A DNA stretch of 64,000 nucleotides from Nitrospirota bacterium (GTDB taxonomy: Bacteria > Nitrospirota > Thermodesulfovibrionia > UBA6902), in the NCBI GenBank assembly GCA_016234115.1, contig JACRHD010000021.1, positions 26,185-90,184 of the forward strand. The letters are read 5' to 3'. Below are positions 28,242 through 37,937 of the stretch, piece by piece (positions within the stretch are counted from its first letter, which is position 1; every line of letters starts with the position of its first letter). A program made the position numbers and the translations under genes. The notes under the pieces are model-generated. The model was given only the letters and a program-made list of their open reading frames with translations, was not told the DNA's origin and made no database searches.

Positions 28242-30356
28242 CTAATTCTTCGCGGTCATCTGCGGACCCTCCAGCGGCAGGCCGTTCAGGGCGCGGTACT
28301 GCCAGTAGCTGCGAAGGACTTTTTTCACATACGACCTTGTTTCCTTATAAGGAATGTTCTCGATGAATTCAATGAGATCGTCCCTGTAATATTTCTCCTG
28401 CCATCTCTTAAGGGCATTTTCTCCGGCGTTGTACGCCGCAAGAGCAAAGGGGACGTCCCCGAATTCGTCTATCAGTATCGACAGATAATGAGCTCCGAGC
28501 AGGACATTCTTGTCAACGTCGTGGATTTCAGAATCATCGTCGAGACGCAAGCCCACGTCTTTCTTCAACCTGTTTGCGGTAGCAGGCATAAGCTGCATGA
28601 GCCCCATCGCCCCGGCCCAGGAGACCGCCTTCGGGTCAAAGCGGCTTTCTTCCCTGATTACAGCGGCCACAAGATACTTGTCCACGTCCTGAGAGGCCGA
28701 GGCGGCTTCTATAATATTATCGAAGCCGAAGGGGAATGAGTAGGGAAGGAACTCCCTGCCCTCTTCTTTTTCCGCGACGGCTATTATCTTCCTGTACTCG
28801 CCTAATCCCATCGCGATCCGGCCTAAATACAGGAAGTCGTTCCTGTTTTTATTGTGCTTCAGGGCGTCGATTATCTCACTTACCGCCTCGTCCCTCATGC
28901 CGAGCAATGCGAGGGCCTCAATCCTGTCATATGTATCTCCCTCAGGTCTTGCGGGTCCCGCAAGCTCCATCCTCTCCTGCAATGAACGCCCGGGCGAGCG
29001 CATCTTGATAAGATACCCGTAAAAGCTCCTGTCATGGGGAAGGCCGCTGAAGAAGTCGATGCCTTCACTATCGCATGTGACGTTGTCGTCCGGCTGAGCA
29101 GATACTTTGTGTTTCAGGCATTCACTTGTCGCCCTTTCATGTGTCCTCGCCTTCCAATAGAGGTACATGTAATAGTTCCCGCTCTTTTCATATGTAGCAA
29201 GCTGTGAGAAATATTGAAGCGCCGCACTGTACCTGCCCGAAATGTAATTCAGCCAGGCGGCCCCCCAGAGGGCCTCTTCCTTCTTCGCGGGGAATTTGTC
29301 TATGACCTCGTTGTAGTTCTTTCCTGAGTCCTCAACCCGACCCCGTCTCCCAAGCTCTTCCGCCTCCATAATAAGCAGGCGGGCCAGCCTTTCATCACCC
29401 GGATATTTTTTCCTGAATTCCTTTTTAATCTTGCCGAAATCCGCACTGTTGTCGGTCCTGTGAAAGGCCCAGCCCTTATAGTACAGCGCTTCGGCGGACT
29501 TCACCATACCGAAGGTTTCAGCCGCCCTGTCATATTGCTTCATCTTAAAGCGGCACATGCCCAGAGAGAACCTGATCCGGTCCTTCTCTGCCTTGCCGGC
29601 GAGCTTAAGGGCGCTTTCATATTCCGTCTCCGCCCTCTGAAAATTAAGTTTCTCATACAGCTTGTCGGCCCTTTTCAGGATTTCATCCTTTGTAAAGGTG
29701 TCGGACTTGAGCAGCTCCAATTCCTTCAATGCGCTGTTGGATTCGGGCACGGCATTGATATAGATGTCCTTGAGGAGCCGGACAGCCTGTTCGGACTTAT
29801 CCAGGAGCACGGCAAGGGTCAGTTTATATTCCCAGTCGGAAGGATAAGCCTCAATATATTGAGACAGGACATCCCTCGCCTCTTTTTCCTTTTTCAGGGC
29901 AAGCAGGGCCTTTACTTCCGCTCTTGTCGCGCGCTGCGCCAGGAGACGGCCTTTAATCTGCCCGGCCGTACTGATTACGTTCTCGAATGTCCCGGCGTCC
30001 ATGTATGTGTCGGCGAGTAATATAAGGGCGTAGTTTTTCAGCAAGGGGTAAGTATCGGCGGCCTTCAGCAGATAATTCTCAGCCTTATCAAAAGGGCCTG
30101 CTTCCCTATAAAGCCTGCCAAGCAGGAAATAAGCCTTCTGCCTTTCACCTAAACCGCTGCGCTCAATCTCCAGCAGGACATCTTCCGCATCTTTATATGA
30201 CCGGGACTTGATAAGTTCCGCCGCCCCCCTGAGTCGGCCCTCAAGGTCACCGTTTCCGTCGGCTTCCGGTCCGGAAGCGATGCAAGCGCCGGACAACGCC
30301 CATAAGCCGGTAAGCAAAACCAATAGCGGTATCTTTAAATACGAAAAGATTCGCAT
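28242..30356 (-). CDS. slt: Soluble lytic murein transglycosylase with TPR repeats
   Basis: IREESRF, GAMGLMQLMP.TA, AAYNAG, IPY.ETR.YVK. Confidence 0.88.
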   Translation of the reverse strand: MRIFSYLKIPLLVLLTGLWALSGACIASGPEADGNGDLEGRLRGAAELIKSRSYKDAEDVLLEIERSGLGERQKAYFLLGRLYREAGPFDKAENYLLKAADTYPLLKNYALILLADTYMDAGTFENVISTAGQIKGRLLAQRATRAEVKALLALKKEKEARDVLSQYIEAYPSDWEYKLTLAVLLDKSEQAVRLLKDIYINAVPESNSALKELELLKSDTFTKDEILKRADKLYEKLNFQRAETEYESALKLAGKAEKDRIRFSLGMCRFKMKQYDRAAETFGMVKSAEALYYKGWAFHRTDNSADFGKIKKEFRKKYPGDERLARLLIMEAEELGRRGRVEDSGKNYNEVIDKFPAKKEEALWGAAWLNYISGRYSAALQYFSQLATYEKSGNYYMYLYWKARTHERATSECLKHKVSAQPDDNVTCDSEGIDFFSGLPHDRSFYGYLIKMRSPGRSLQERMELAGPARPEGDTYDRIEALALLGMRDEAVSEIIDALKHNKNRNDFLYLGRIAMGLGEYRKIIAVAEKEEGREFLPYSFPFGFDNIIEAASASQDVDKYLVAAVIREESRFDPKAVSWAGAMGLMQLMPATANRLKKDVGLRLDDDSEIHDVDKNVLLGAHYLSILIDEFGDVPFALAAYNAGENALKRWQEKYYRDDLIEFIENIPYKETRSYVKKVLRSYWQYRALNGLPLEGPQMTAKN

Positions 30357-30395
30357 AACCTATATTAATTCAAAAACCGTTTGTAAACAACCTCT

Positions 30396-30464
30396 CAGGG
30401 TCCAGGGGCCTGGGTCAAGGGGCCGGGGTATTTCCTCGCCCCTAACTACCGGCCCCTGGACCCT
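30396..30464. repeat. Palindromic heptamer element, GGGTCAA family (degenerate)
   Basis: agggtccaggggcc...ggcccctggaccct. Confidence 0.7.
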
Positions 30465-30538
30465 ATTGCTGCGTGGGGAAAAAGATACAAACCGAATTAC
30501 GAGATTTTGAACTTTAGAAAAACACGAGAGGGCTGAAA

Positions 30539-30613
30539 TGGAGGCGGCGAGCGGATTCGAACCGCTGAATAAAGGTTTTGCAGACCTCTCCCTTGCCACT
30601 TGGGTACGCCGCC
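30539..30613 (-). tRNA. tRNA-Cys(GCA)
   Basis: GGCGGCG...CT-GCA-AA...GGTTCGAATCC...CGCCGCC-T-CCA. Confidence 0.95.
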
Positions 30614-30738
30614 GTTAAAGCTGTCACCTGCAGGGACATACGGCTGTTCGCCCTACAGGCAGCTTAAAGTTTACCAGATTTTGCCATTGCTTTGCCAGTA
30701 GCTGATTTAACCCGGATTTGATTCACCATCAAAAGACA

Positions 30739-30902
30739 AACCACAGAGACCACAGAGGAAAAAAATAAATATTAATCCACAGATTACACTGATTAACACA
30801 GATGTATTTAGAAATATTGTTTCAATCTGTGAAATCTGTGAAATCTGTGAAATCTGTGAAATCTGCGGATAAATAAATCTTTTCTCTGTGACCTCTGTGG
30901 TT
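30739..30902. repeat. Nested 9-mer palindromic elements
   Basis: Outer arms (accacagag)2/(ctctgtg..)2; inner arms cacagatt.../(aatctgtga)4-5. Confidence 0.85.
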
Positions 30903-30934
30903 AGGTGGTGGATTCTGGTCAAACCGTTCAAGAG

Positions 30935-31019
30935 TGGTGCGAGAGAGGGGAGTTGAACCCCTACGGTTTTACCCACTGGATCCTAAGTCCAGCGCGTCTG
31001 CCAGTTCCGCCACTCTCGC
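30935..31019 (-). tRNA. tRNA-Leu(TAG)
   Basis: GCGAGAG-TGGCGGAACTGGCAGACGC...CT-TAG-GA, long variable arm, GGTTCAACTCC, ACCA. Confidence 0.95.
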
Positions 31020-31107
31020 TTGGTTATGATTTTACAGCTATTTTGATAATTGTGTCCAGAAAGGCCGGCGCGGTGTCTTAGTCCTGAAGGACGGATGTGT
31101 TTGGACG

Positions 31108-31153
31108 AAAATAAAAAGCTATGTCATGAACCATCTCTGCTTCATGACATAGC
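31108..31153 (-). terminator. Intrinsic terminator after tRNA-Asn
   Basis: Perfect 13-bp stem gctatgtcatgaa/ttcatgacatagc followed on the minus strand by TTTTTATTTT. Confidence 0.65.
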
Positions 31154-31169
31154 CCTAAGATTCAAAAAA

Positions 31170-31242
31170 CTCCCGGGGAGGGATTCGAACCCCCGACAGG
31201 GTGGTTAACAGCCACCTGCTCTGCCGGCTGAGCTACCCGGGA
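31170..31242 (-). tRNA. tRNA-Asn(GTT), CCA not encoded
   Basis: TCCCGGG-TAGCTCAG...CT-GTT-AA...GGTTCGAATCC-CCCGGGA-G. Confidence 0.93.
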
Positions 31243-31257
31243 ACTTTATTATTTCTT

Positions 31258-31338
31258 AGCCGCGAATGAACACGAATTCTCACGAATGACTTTGACATAT
31301 TCTTGCAATTCGTGTCTCTTCGTGTCAATTCGCGGCTG
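31258..31338. repeat. Palindromic 10-mer element (CACGAAT family)
   Basis: agccgcgaatgaacacgaattctcacgaat...attcgtgtctcttcgtgtcaattcgcggct. Confidence 0.8.
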
Positions 31339-31340
31339 AA

Positions 31341-32300
31341 TTATTTGTCTTTCTCTTCTGCGCCGAAGGATGCCGCCTCTTTCTGGAGGCGCTCCCACTG
31401 TTTGTCTACATACTCCTGCGCCTGTTTCAGCATCCATTCGTTTTGAGGGCTGAACATATGTCTGAAACTTCCCTGAGGTTTCAGGAAATCCACAAGGGGT
31501 TTCTTTTCCTTCGGCCTGTAGGTAATTTTTGTGACCCCGTTCTCGATCTCATACAGCGGCCAGTAGCAGGTATCGACGGCAAGCCTGGAAAGCGCTATCG
31601 CGTCGTTTGTCTGGCTGCGCCATCCACGGTTGCACGGGGAGATGACATTCAGAAATTTCGGACCTTTGATCTCAAACGCCTTCTGGACTTTCTTCATCAG
31701 GTCCATCCAGTTGGACGGGGACGCCTGCGCCGCATATGGAATACCGTGAGCAGCCATTATCCTTGTGAGGTCTTTTCTCTGCTGCAGCTTGCCGGGGATT
31801 GCGTCTCCCGCCGGACACGTTGTCGTATTTGCTCCAAAGGGCGTCGCGCTTGAACGCTGGATGCCCGTATTCATGTACGCGCCGTTATCATAGCATATGT
31901 ACATCATGTCCTGACCGCGCTCCATGGCCCCTGAAAGGCTCTGAAAACCAATATCGTAAGTGCCGCCGTCGCCTCCGAAGGCGACGAATTTTACATTCCT
32001 GTCTTCAAGCCTTCCCTGTTTCACAAGGGACTTGTACATGGCCTCAATCCCGGACGCCGTCGCAGCGGCATTTTCGAATGCGCTGTGCATCCAGGGTATC
32101 TTCCACGAAGTGAACTGCTGGATACATGTGGAAACCTCAAGACATCCTGTTGCGTTCGCTGCGACAACAGGATAGTCTGTTGCCATGAGGACCTGTTTGA
32201 TGATGATCGGGGCCCCGCAGCCGGAGCACATCCTGTGGCCGTGAACGAACCGTTCTTCTCCCTTTGCAAGTTCTCTTAATTTAAGTGGTTTCGCAGTCAT
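31341..32300 (-). CDS. porB: Pyruvate/2-oxoacid:ferredoxin oxidoreductase beta
   Basis: GHRMCSGCG, ATGCLEV, GGDGG...DN..YMNTG.QRS TPP motif. Confidence 0.92.
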   Translation of the reverse strand: MTAKPLKLRELAKGEERFVHGHRMCSGCGAPIIIKQVLMATDYPVVAANATGCLEVSTCIQQFTSWKIPWMHSAFENAAATASGIEAMYKSLVKQGRLEDRNVKFVAFGGDGGTYDIGFQSLSGAMERGQDMMYICYDNGAYMNTGIQRSSATPFGANTTTCPAGDAIPGKLQQRKDLTRIMAAHGIPYAAQASPSNWMDLMKKVQKAFEIKGPKFLNVISPCNRGWRSQTNDAIALSRLAVDTCYWPLYEIENGVTKITYRPKEKKPLVDFLKPQGSFRHMFSPQNEWMLKQAQEYVDKQWERLQKEAASFGAEEKDK

Positions 32301-32323
32301 TTCTCATTACCTCTCTTTTGGTA

Positions 32324-32400
32324 AAGTAGTTAGTAGTAAGTAGCAAGTAGTTAAGGGAACTGCCTCCCCCTAACTACTAACTACTATCTACTTGCTACTA
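32324..32400. repeat. Palindromic heptamer element, TAGTAGT family
   Basis: Located between porA and porB. Confidence 0.85.
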
Positions 32401-32404
32401 TAAT

Positions 32405-33583
32405 CTATTCTCTTACTCCGATATATTCTTTTACGGTCTTGACCTTTCCGGTCTTTGCAATCGTTATCAACTCATCAATGACATACTCGGCCTGATCAGG
32501 CAGGTAGTCCCTGCCGCCTAATCCGAAGATCTTGTTGGTCACGGCAGGTTTTGAGTCCATCTGCATGACCGCGCCTGCGACCTCCGAATAGAGGGGCCCC
32601 ATTCCGCCGAAAGAGTCCGCCCTGTCAAGCACGGCTATGGCCTTTACATGCTTCAGGGCATCGGCCATTTCAGCAAACGGAAAAGGCCTGAACATCCTCG
32701 GCTTCAGAAGGCCGATCCTGACTCCCTTATCTCTGTATCTGTCAATGATGTCTTTGGTCGTTCCTGCGGCGGAGCTCATGACGACAATCGCCATTTCCGC
32801 GTCCTCAAGCCTGTATGTTTCAAATAATCCGTATTTCCTGCCGGTCATCTTTTCGAAGTCGGCGGCGACTTCAAGCACCACCCTGGGCGCCTTCGTCATT
32901 ACTTCGTGCTGCGCCCTCTTGTACTCATGATAGAGATCGGTCAGGATAAGCGGGCCGTAGCTTTTCGGCTTGTCGAGATCGAGCAGCGGATGTACCGGGA
33001 CGAACTTTCCCACAAACTTCTTTACATCTGCATCATCTATATATTCCACGCGTTCAATGGAGTGGCTGACGATAAAACCGTCCATACAGACCATCACGGG
33101 AAGCCTTACGTCCAGGTGCTCCGCGATCCTGAATGCCTGAATCAAATTGTCGTATGCCTCCTGCGCGTTCTCGGAATAGAACTGCAGCCAGCCGGTGTCT
33201 CTGGCGCCCATTCCGTCGGAATGGTCGCCGTGGATGTTCAGGGGAGCTGAAAGGGCCCTGTTCACCAGCGGCATTACGATGGGCAGCCTTGTGCCCGCAG
33301 CTATATACAGCATCTCCCACATGAGGGCAAGCCCCTGTGAAGAGGTTGCAGTCGCGACCCTGCCTCCTGCTGCCGCGGCGCCTATACAGGCGCTCATTGC
33401 GCTGTGCTCACTTTCAACAAGCACCAGCTCCGTGTCCACTTTACCGTCATTGACAAAGCTCGAAAACCGCTGCATAAGGTCCGTGGCCGGCGTAATAGGA
33501 TATGCCGCGCATACATCGGGGTTGATCTGCTTCAGGGCCTGTGCGCAAGCTTCATTTCCGGTTACCGCTACAATCTTGCCCAT
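32405..33583 (-). CDS. porA: Pyruvate/2-oxoacid:ferredoxin oxidoreductase alpha
   Basis: AYPITP, ESEHSAMS, TSSQGL, NRALSAP, GLGGRD. Confidence 0.92.
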   Translation of the reverse strand: MGKIVAVTGNEACAQALKQINPDVCAAYPITPATDLMQRFSSFVNDGKVDTELVLVESEHSAMSACIGAAAAGGRVATATSSQGLALMWEMLYIAAGTRLPIVMPLVNRALSAPLNIHGDHSDGMGARDTGWLQFYSENAQEAYDNLIQAFRIAEHLDVRLPVMVCMDGFIVSHSIERVEYIDDADVKKFVGKFVPVHPLLDLDKPKSYGPLILTDLYHEYKRAQHEVMTKAPRVVLEVAADFEKMTGRKYGLFETYRLEDAEMAIVVMSSAAGTTKDIIDRYRDKGVRIGLLKPRMFRPFPFAEMADALKHVKAIAVLDRADSFGGMGPLYSEVAGAVMQMDSKPAVTNKIFGLGGRDYLPDQAEYVIDELITIAKTGKVKTVKEYIGVRE

Positions 33584-33879
33584 TATTTGCCCTCCTCTTC
33601 CATTACAATTGCCTTATTGCCCTTTTTGCCGGGGCATTCGAGGGCGCATATCCCACAACCCTTGCAGTAGTCATAATTGAATTCCGCTCTCTTGCCTTCC
33701 GCAGTCGCCTTGATCGCCATATCAGGGCAGTACATCCAGCAGAACATGCACTGGATGCAGTTTTCTTCTATCCACCTGGGCCTCATGGAACGCCAGCCGC
33801 CTGTCTTGAACTTTGCCGAACTTCCCGCCTCAAGGACAACAGAGCCCTGAGGAAGTGTTTCCCAGAATTTCTTGCTCAT
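33583..33879 (-). CDS. porD: POR delta subunit (2x4Fe-4S)
   Basis: TG.WR..RP, CIQCMFC...CP, YCKGCGICA.ECP. Confidence 0.92.
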   Translation of the reverse strand: MSKKFWETLPQGSVVLEAGSSAKFKTGGWRSMRPRWIEENCIQCMFCWMYCPDMAIKATAEGKRAEFNYDYCKGCGICALECPGKKGNKAIVMEEEGK

Positions 33880-34451
33880 CCTTCCCTTACCTCCTCATAT
33901 CCGCGCTTTGCAGCTTCAATATTACCGTCGATGATCTTCTGCGCGAATTTCTTACCGAAGCTCTTTTTGACGTTTTCCAGAAGCACGTCAAGCTTCACAA
34001 CCCCTGTTGCCTTGCACAGCGCGCCCAATATCGATGAATTCGGCAACGGTCTTCCAAAGCAGTCAAGGGCTATCTTTGTCGCGTCCACGGCGAATACCTT
34101 CTGTGTGTCTTTTGCCTTAAGTTTCAGCCGGACTTCTTTAGGGTCCTTTGATGTATTCACCAGAAAAATGCAGTCATCCGGCGAGCCCTCGGTCACATTC
34201 ACGGCATCCATGAGGGTAGCGTCGGCAATGCTCACTATTTTCGGGTGCAGTACCGGCCCGTACATCCTTATGGCATGGTCACTGATCCTGTTGAACGCCC
34301 TTATAGGCGCCCCTGCCCTTTCGGGGCCGTATTCCGGAAAGGCCTGCACGTATCCGCCTTTGCTCAGGCAGGCGTCCGCGAGGACTTTTGCGGCAGTAAC
34401 AGTCCCCTGGCCACCCCGGCCGTGCCAGCGGATTTCAATCATATCTCCCAT
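33876..34451 (-). CDS. porC: POR gamma subunit
   Basis: EIRWHGRGGQG, AFPEYGPER.GAP. Confidence 0.92.
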   Translation of the reverse strand: MGDMIEIRWHGRGGQGTVTAAKVLADACLSKGGYVQAFPEYGPERAGAPIRAFNRISDHAIRMYGPVLHPKIVSIADATLMDAVNVTEGSPDDCIFLVNTSKDPKEVRLKLKAKDTQKVFAVDATKIALDCFGRPLPNSSILGALCKATGVVKLDVLLENVKKSFGKKFAQKIIDGNIEAAKRGYEEVREG

Positions 34452-34690
34452 AACAATTTTCCTCCGAAATCTAATAGATAAAAGAGAGACTTAATAATAG
34501 CTTATCGTTCTGAAATTCTTCAAGGGGGGGTACAATGAGGGGCAAGGGGGAAGGGTCAGAGACCCGGGGAGGGAACTCCCGGCAACAGCAATCAGCTAAG
34601 CCGGTCCGTCTTTTTTGAGCTGACCGCTGAGAGCTGATAGCTGAATGCCGACGTCATATTCGTCAGAGACAGACCTCCGACGCGCCGGCG

Positions 34691-35218
34691 TCAGCCCGCA
34701 AAAAGGTTTACCAATTTCTGCAGGAATGAGTCGGTCCTTCCGGCCCAGAATGTCTCAACAAGACCGACCCGCCAAACGCCGTCTTCTCTTAAGACCTTCA
34801 GGGTCACCGGGTCACTTGCTTTCCTGTGCGTGATTATTATTTCCGCCTTCTGCTTATCTATAACACCCATTTCCCATTTACATTCCTCCAGGATCATGTC
34901 GGGATTAAAGGTGTTGAGAAAGGCGTTCCAGTAGCTGGTCGAGATGACCCCTGAATTTTCGAAATCCTTTATTATGTCATCCTTATTGGTCCCGCCGCCC
35001 GCCTTACGCGTCGCCCTTATAATATCGCTGATGATCGTTTCCCGGGATTTTAAAGACAGTAAATTCCAGGCGGTATTAAAGTCATTCTTCTTTAAGGATA
35101 TGAAGAACCTTTCGGATGATTCGAGGATTGCATCTTCCGGATTGCCAGTCCCATCGGGAAATGCCTCGCCGAAGCCGAAGGTAAACAGCAAGAGAAACAG
35201 AAATATCGACTTGCGCAT
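34691..35218 (-). CDS. Exported hypothetical protein
   Basis: Signal peptide; AW.LLS and EDG.WRV patterns reminiscent of NTF2-like folds. Confidence 0.6.
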   Translation of the reverse strand: MRKSIFLFLLLFTFGFGEAFPDGTGNPEDAILESSERFFISLKKNDFNTAWNLLSLKSRETIISDIIRATRKAGGGTNKDDIIKDFENSGVISTSYWNAFLNTFNPDMILEECKWEMGVIDKQKAEIIITHRKASDPVTLKVLREDGVWRVGLVETFWAGRTDSFLQKLVNLFAG

Positions 35219-35311
35219 GATTCAAAAAGTCGCGGTTCGCAGTCAGTAGTCAAGGGAAGAAGGCATGAATAGCCTCTCCCTTAACTGCTTGACCGCTTTT
35301 CCGCTCAATTC

Positions 35312-35773
35312 TTAATGATGATGCGACGTAGTCGTGCCGCCGCTTCCGCCTGCGGCCACGACAAGGGCCGAAGCGCCGCCGACAACGGCAGCCCCCGCGG
35401 CAATCGTGCCCACGCTGACGCCGGTCCCGACGGCCATTCCGGCTGCTGTTCCGGCTGTCGAAGCAGCGACGGATGAAGCGACCGATGTATACCCGGCGGC
35501 ATTAAGCGTCGAAACGAGACTCGCCTGTTCCGCAACAACGTACCCGACGACATTGCCCGTTGCCTGGCTGACTACCGGCAGCGCAACCTGGGTGCCCGTG
35601 ACTGCCGGGGCCGCTGCCCCCGCCACATATGTGCCGCCGGCCTGCGCCGCAATCTCCTGCGCGATCGCCTCCGAGGCTATGTTCGCAGTCACCGCTTCAG
35701 CGTATGAAGAGACCGTAAGCCCGAAGTTGATCAAAAAAGACAGAACAACAAATAATGTTGTGACCTTTTTCAT
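35312..35773 (-). CDS. Secreted Ala/Gly/Val/Thr-rich protein, GfcA/YjbE-like
   Basis: Signal peptide, low complexity, hydrophobic helix then GGSGGTTTSHHH; next to the YjbH gene. Confidence 0.6.
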   Translation of the reverse strand: MKKVTTLFVVLSFLINFGLTVSSYAEAVTANIASEAIAQEIAAQAGGTYVAGAAAPAVTGTQVALPVVSQATGNVVGYVVAEQASLVSTLNAAGYTSVASSVAASTAGTAAGMAVGTGVSVGTIAAGAAVVGGASALVVAAGGSGGTTTSHHH

Positions 35774-35808
35774 TTTTCCACCTCTTTAAAGTTTAGATTG
35801 TTTTTATT

Positions 35809-37872
35809 TTAAAACAGCATCGTTTTTTCCCTGTCAAGAAACACTTTTGCATTCCTCCCGATGAAATCGAACAGCGTCTCGAAATGTTCGATGTCCTGAC
35901 CTGTGTCTCTTGTCCAGGGGGACAAGCTGTAGTTATAGGCAGTCCGCGAATCCGTCCCTTTAAACAGCCTCAGGGGAATGGACACGCCGATTCCCTTGTC
36001 ATGGTATCCCCTGTTAAACCCGTCTTCAAACCCGGAAGTGTCAGTAATGCCGTACCACGCCCGGATGGTGACCCCATTTATAAATTTCGATAAAGTGACC
36101 CTTGCGCCGTAATCGCCCGCAAGGAACCTCCCGGCCTTGACGTCCACCGCCATCCCGGTTTCAGGGACATTCAGCCGCGTATTGAAAAAAGCCGTGGTAT
36201 AAAGGTCCCTGACGCCGTCGCGTTTGAATTTCAGGATATTATCGGGGTCCCTTTTTTTCACGGCGCTCCCGCTCGCTCCGAAATACACCCTCCCGTCAAA
36301 GGCAGGCGTCGCTACCTCGGCATCGACGCCGGAGTACTGGACCTCGAGATGTCCCGCGGCGAGCCTGCCATATACGTCAGGGGTCACTCTCTTTATCCAG
36401 TCGAACATCAGCCTGTTGAGCACGACACTCTTCTCTTTATAAAGCACTATATCGGACCTGACCGGGTCGGAAACCGGTTCATTAACAGTGGAAATATTAT
36501 TCAGCGGATACGTCACGAGGCCCGTAATCAAAGATAACCCCTTCAGCGGCTGATAATTTATCCAGCCCTGGACGCCCAGCCTGTATTTAAAAAAACCCGA
36601 AGGGTCATTTAAAAATGTCTCCAGGGCGGGCCTGACGCCGTAGCTCCAGGACGCCTTGCGCCCGACGCGCGTCTCCGGCGCCCCTGTTACAACGGTCCTG
36701 AATTCCGAAACAGCCAGAAAGTCGTCAAGCGACATCCTGTCCGCATACAGCTCGGCTATATCTCTTCCGGCGCACTCGAATTCCATGACGGGGATGCCTC
36801 TCTCAGTCAGTATTATATGTACCCGGCCGGCATACGCCGGATTGATGTCGGCAATTATTCTCAGGACTTTCCCGACCGCCCTGCTGTTGAGAAAATACTT
36901 ATCATTGTGCGCCGTGATCCGCAATTCGTCATCCCCGACAGTCACCCCTACGTCGCTGAAGCCCGAACCGGACATGGCCCTGGCGATCCTCGTGAGTTCC
37001 GGGTCCGTCTTTTCAGAAGGGCCTTCCTGATAACTCCGGTCGTACAGCGGAACAAGCGGGACGCCGATATCGAAGGCAACAGAGGCATTGACGCCGAACT
37101 GGTTGCCTCTCTGCCAGCTCATCCCGACCTCCGACCATTTCGAGGGTTTGTACCGCAGGCCGAAATTATATTTTGACGGCGCCGGCGAGGTAAAATATTT
37201 TTCCCGGGCCGGGTCCGTCTGGACGTGATATTTTATCGGGCTATATTCAAGCATCAGGGCATATTTCTCCGAAGGCGCAAATTGTATGCCCCCGAAAAAC
37301 AGGGAATCCTCCAGCCAGCCTCTTGGGTCGGTGATGATCTCCAGTTTCAGATTACCCGTCTGGGCGCTGAGGGGCCTTTTGCCGAACCTCCCGTTGCCGA
37401 AACCCATCGTAAAATCGAAAGGGTATATTTGCTTGCTGACGGAGATATACTGGGCCGCGTAACGCCTGGTGCCGTGAGGGTCCATAATGCCTAACGCCAC
37501 TGCGGGCAAATACTTCCCTTCGGGGATGAACTGATATTTTAAATCCACGGCCTTGTCCTTATAATCACCGTACCCCTGAAATGTCGGGTTAATTACGTCG
37601 ACGCCCAGGACCTCGGTTATCCTTCCCGTAATTTCGAGCCCCTTAAGCGGGCTTATCGCGCCGTAATAATATCTGTACGGCGTTACCTGGCTGATTCCTA
37701 AGCGGTAGCTGTTCTTTCTCATCACCCTTGCAGTCGGGACCTCCATAAGGCCCGTATCTCCGCGGTTTGAAGGATAAGTGAAAGGCTCGTCACCGGCGCA
37801 TGCGTCAGAGAAAGCAGAAAACAGAAAGAAGAGAGCAAAGAGAAGACAGGCATAAGACCTTGCCGAATACAT
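35809..37872 (-). CDS. yjbH: YjbH/GfcD outer-membrane barrel
   Basis: G.TGLMEVPTAR, YKDKAVDLKY, GRFLAGD.G.R, YHDKG...SIP, PWTRD.GQ. Confidence 0.85.
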   Translation of the reverse strand: MYSARSYACLLFALFFLFSAFSDACAGDEPFTYPSNRGDTGLMEVPTARVMRKNSYRLGISQVTPYRYYYGAISPLKGLEITGRITEVLGVDVINPTFQGYGDYKDKAVDLKYQFIPEGKYLPAVALGIMDPHGTRRYAAQYISVSKQIYPFDFTMGFGNGRFGKRPLSAQTGNLKLEIITDPRGWLEDSLFFGGIQFAPSEKYALMLEYSPIKYHVQTDPAREKYFTSPAPSKYNFGLRYKPSKWSEVGMSWQRGNQFGVNASVAFDIGVPLVPLYDRSYQEGPSEKTDPELTRIARAMSGSGFSDVGVTVGDDELRITAHNDKYFLNSRAVGKVLRIIADINPAYAGRVHIILTERGIPVMEFECAGRDIAELYADRMSLDDFLAVSEFRTVVTGAPETRVGRKASWSYGVRPALETFLNDPSGFFKYRLGVQGWINYQPLKGLSLITGLVTYPLNNISTVNEPVSDPVRSDIVLYKEKSVVLNRLMFDWIKRVTPDVYGRLAAGHLEVQYSGVDAEVATPAFDGRVYFGASGSAVKKRDPDNILKFKRDGVRDLYTTAFFNTRLNVPETGMAVDVKAGRFLAGDYGARVTLSKFINGVTIRAWYGITDTSGFEDGFNRGYHDKGIGVSIPLRLFKGTDSRTAYNYSLSPWTRDTGQDIEHFETLFDFIGRNAKVFLDREKTMLF

Positions 37873-37937
37873 TACCGCCTATATGCGCTGTCTGTTTGTT
37901 CCCATGACCCTTGCCCCATGACCTTTGCCCCTCTCTT

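Noticed and set aside
30539-31242. Integrated element at the tRNAs
   Set aside because: No integrase and no duplicated tRNA 3' end seen.
30360-31437. Small ORFs at 30360, 30707 and 31249
   Set aside because: They overlap tRNAs or translate repeat arms (QISQISQIS).
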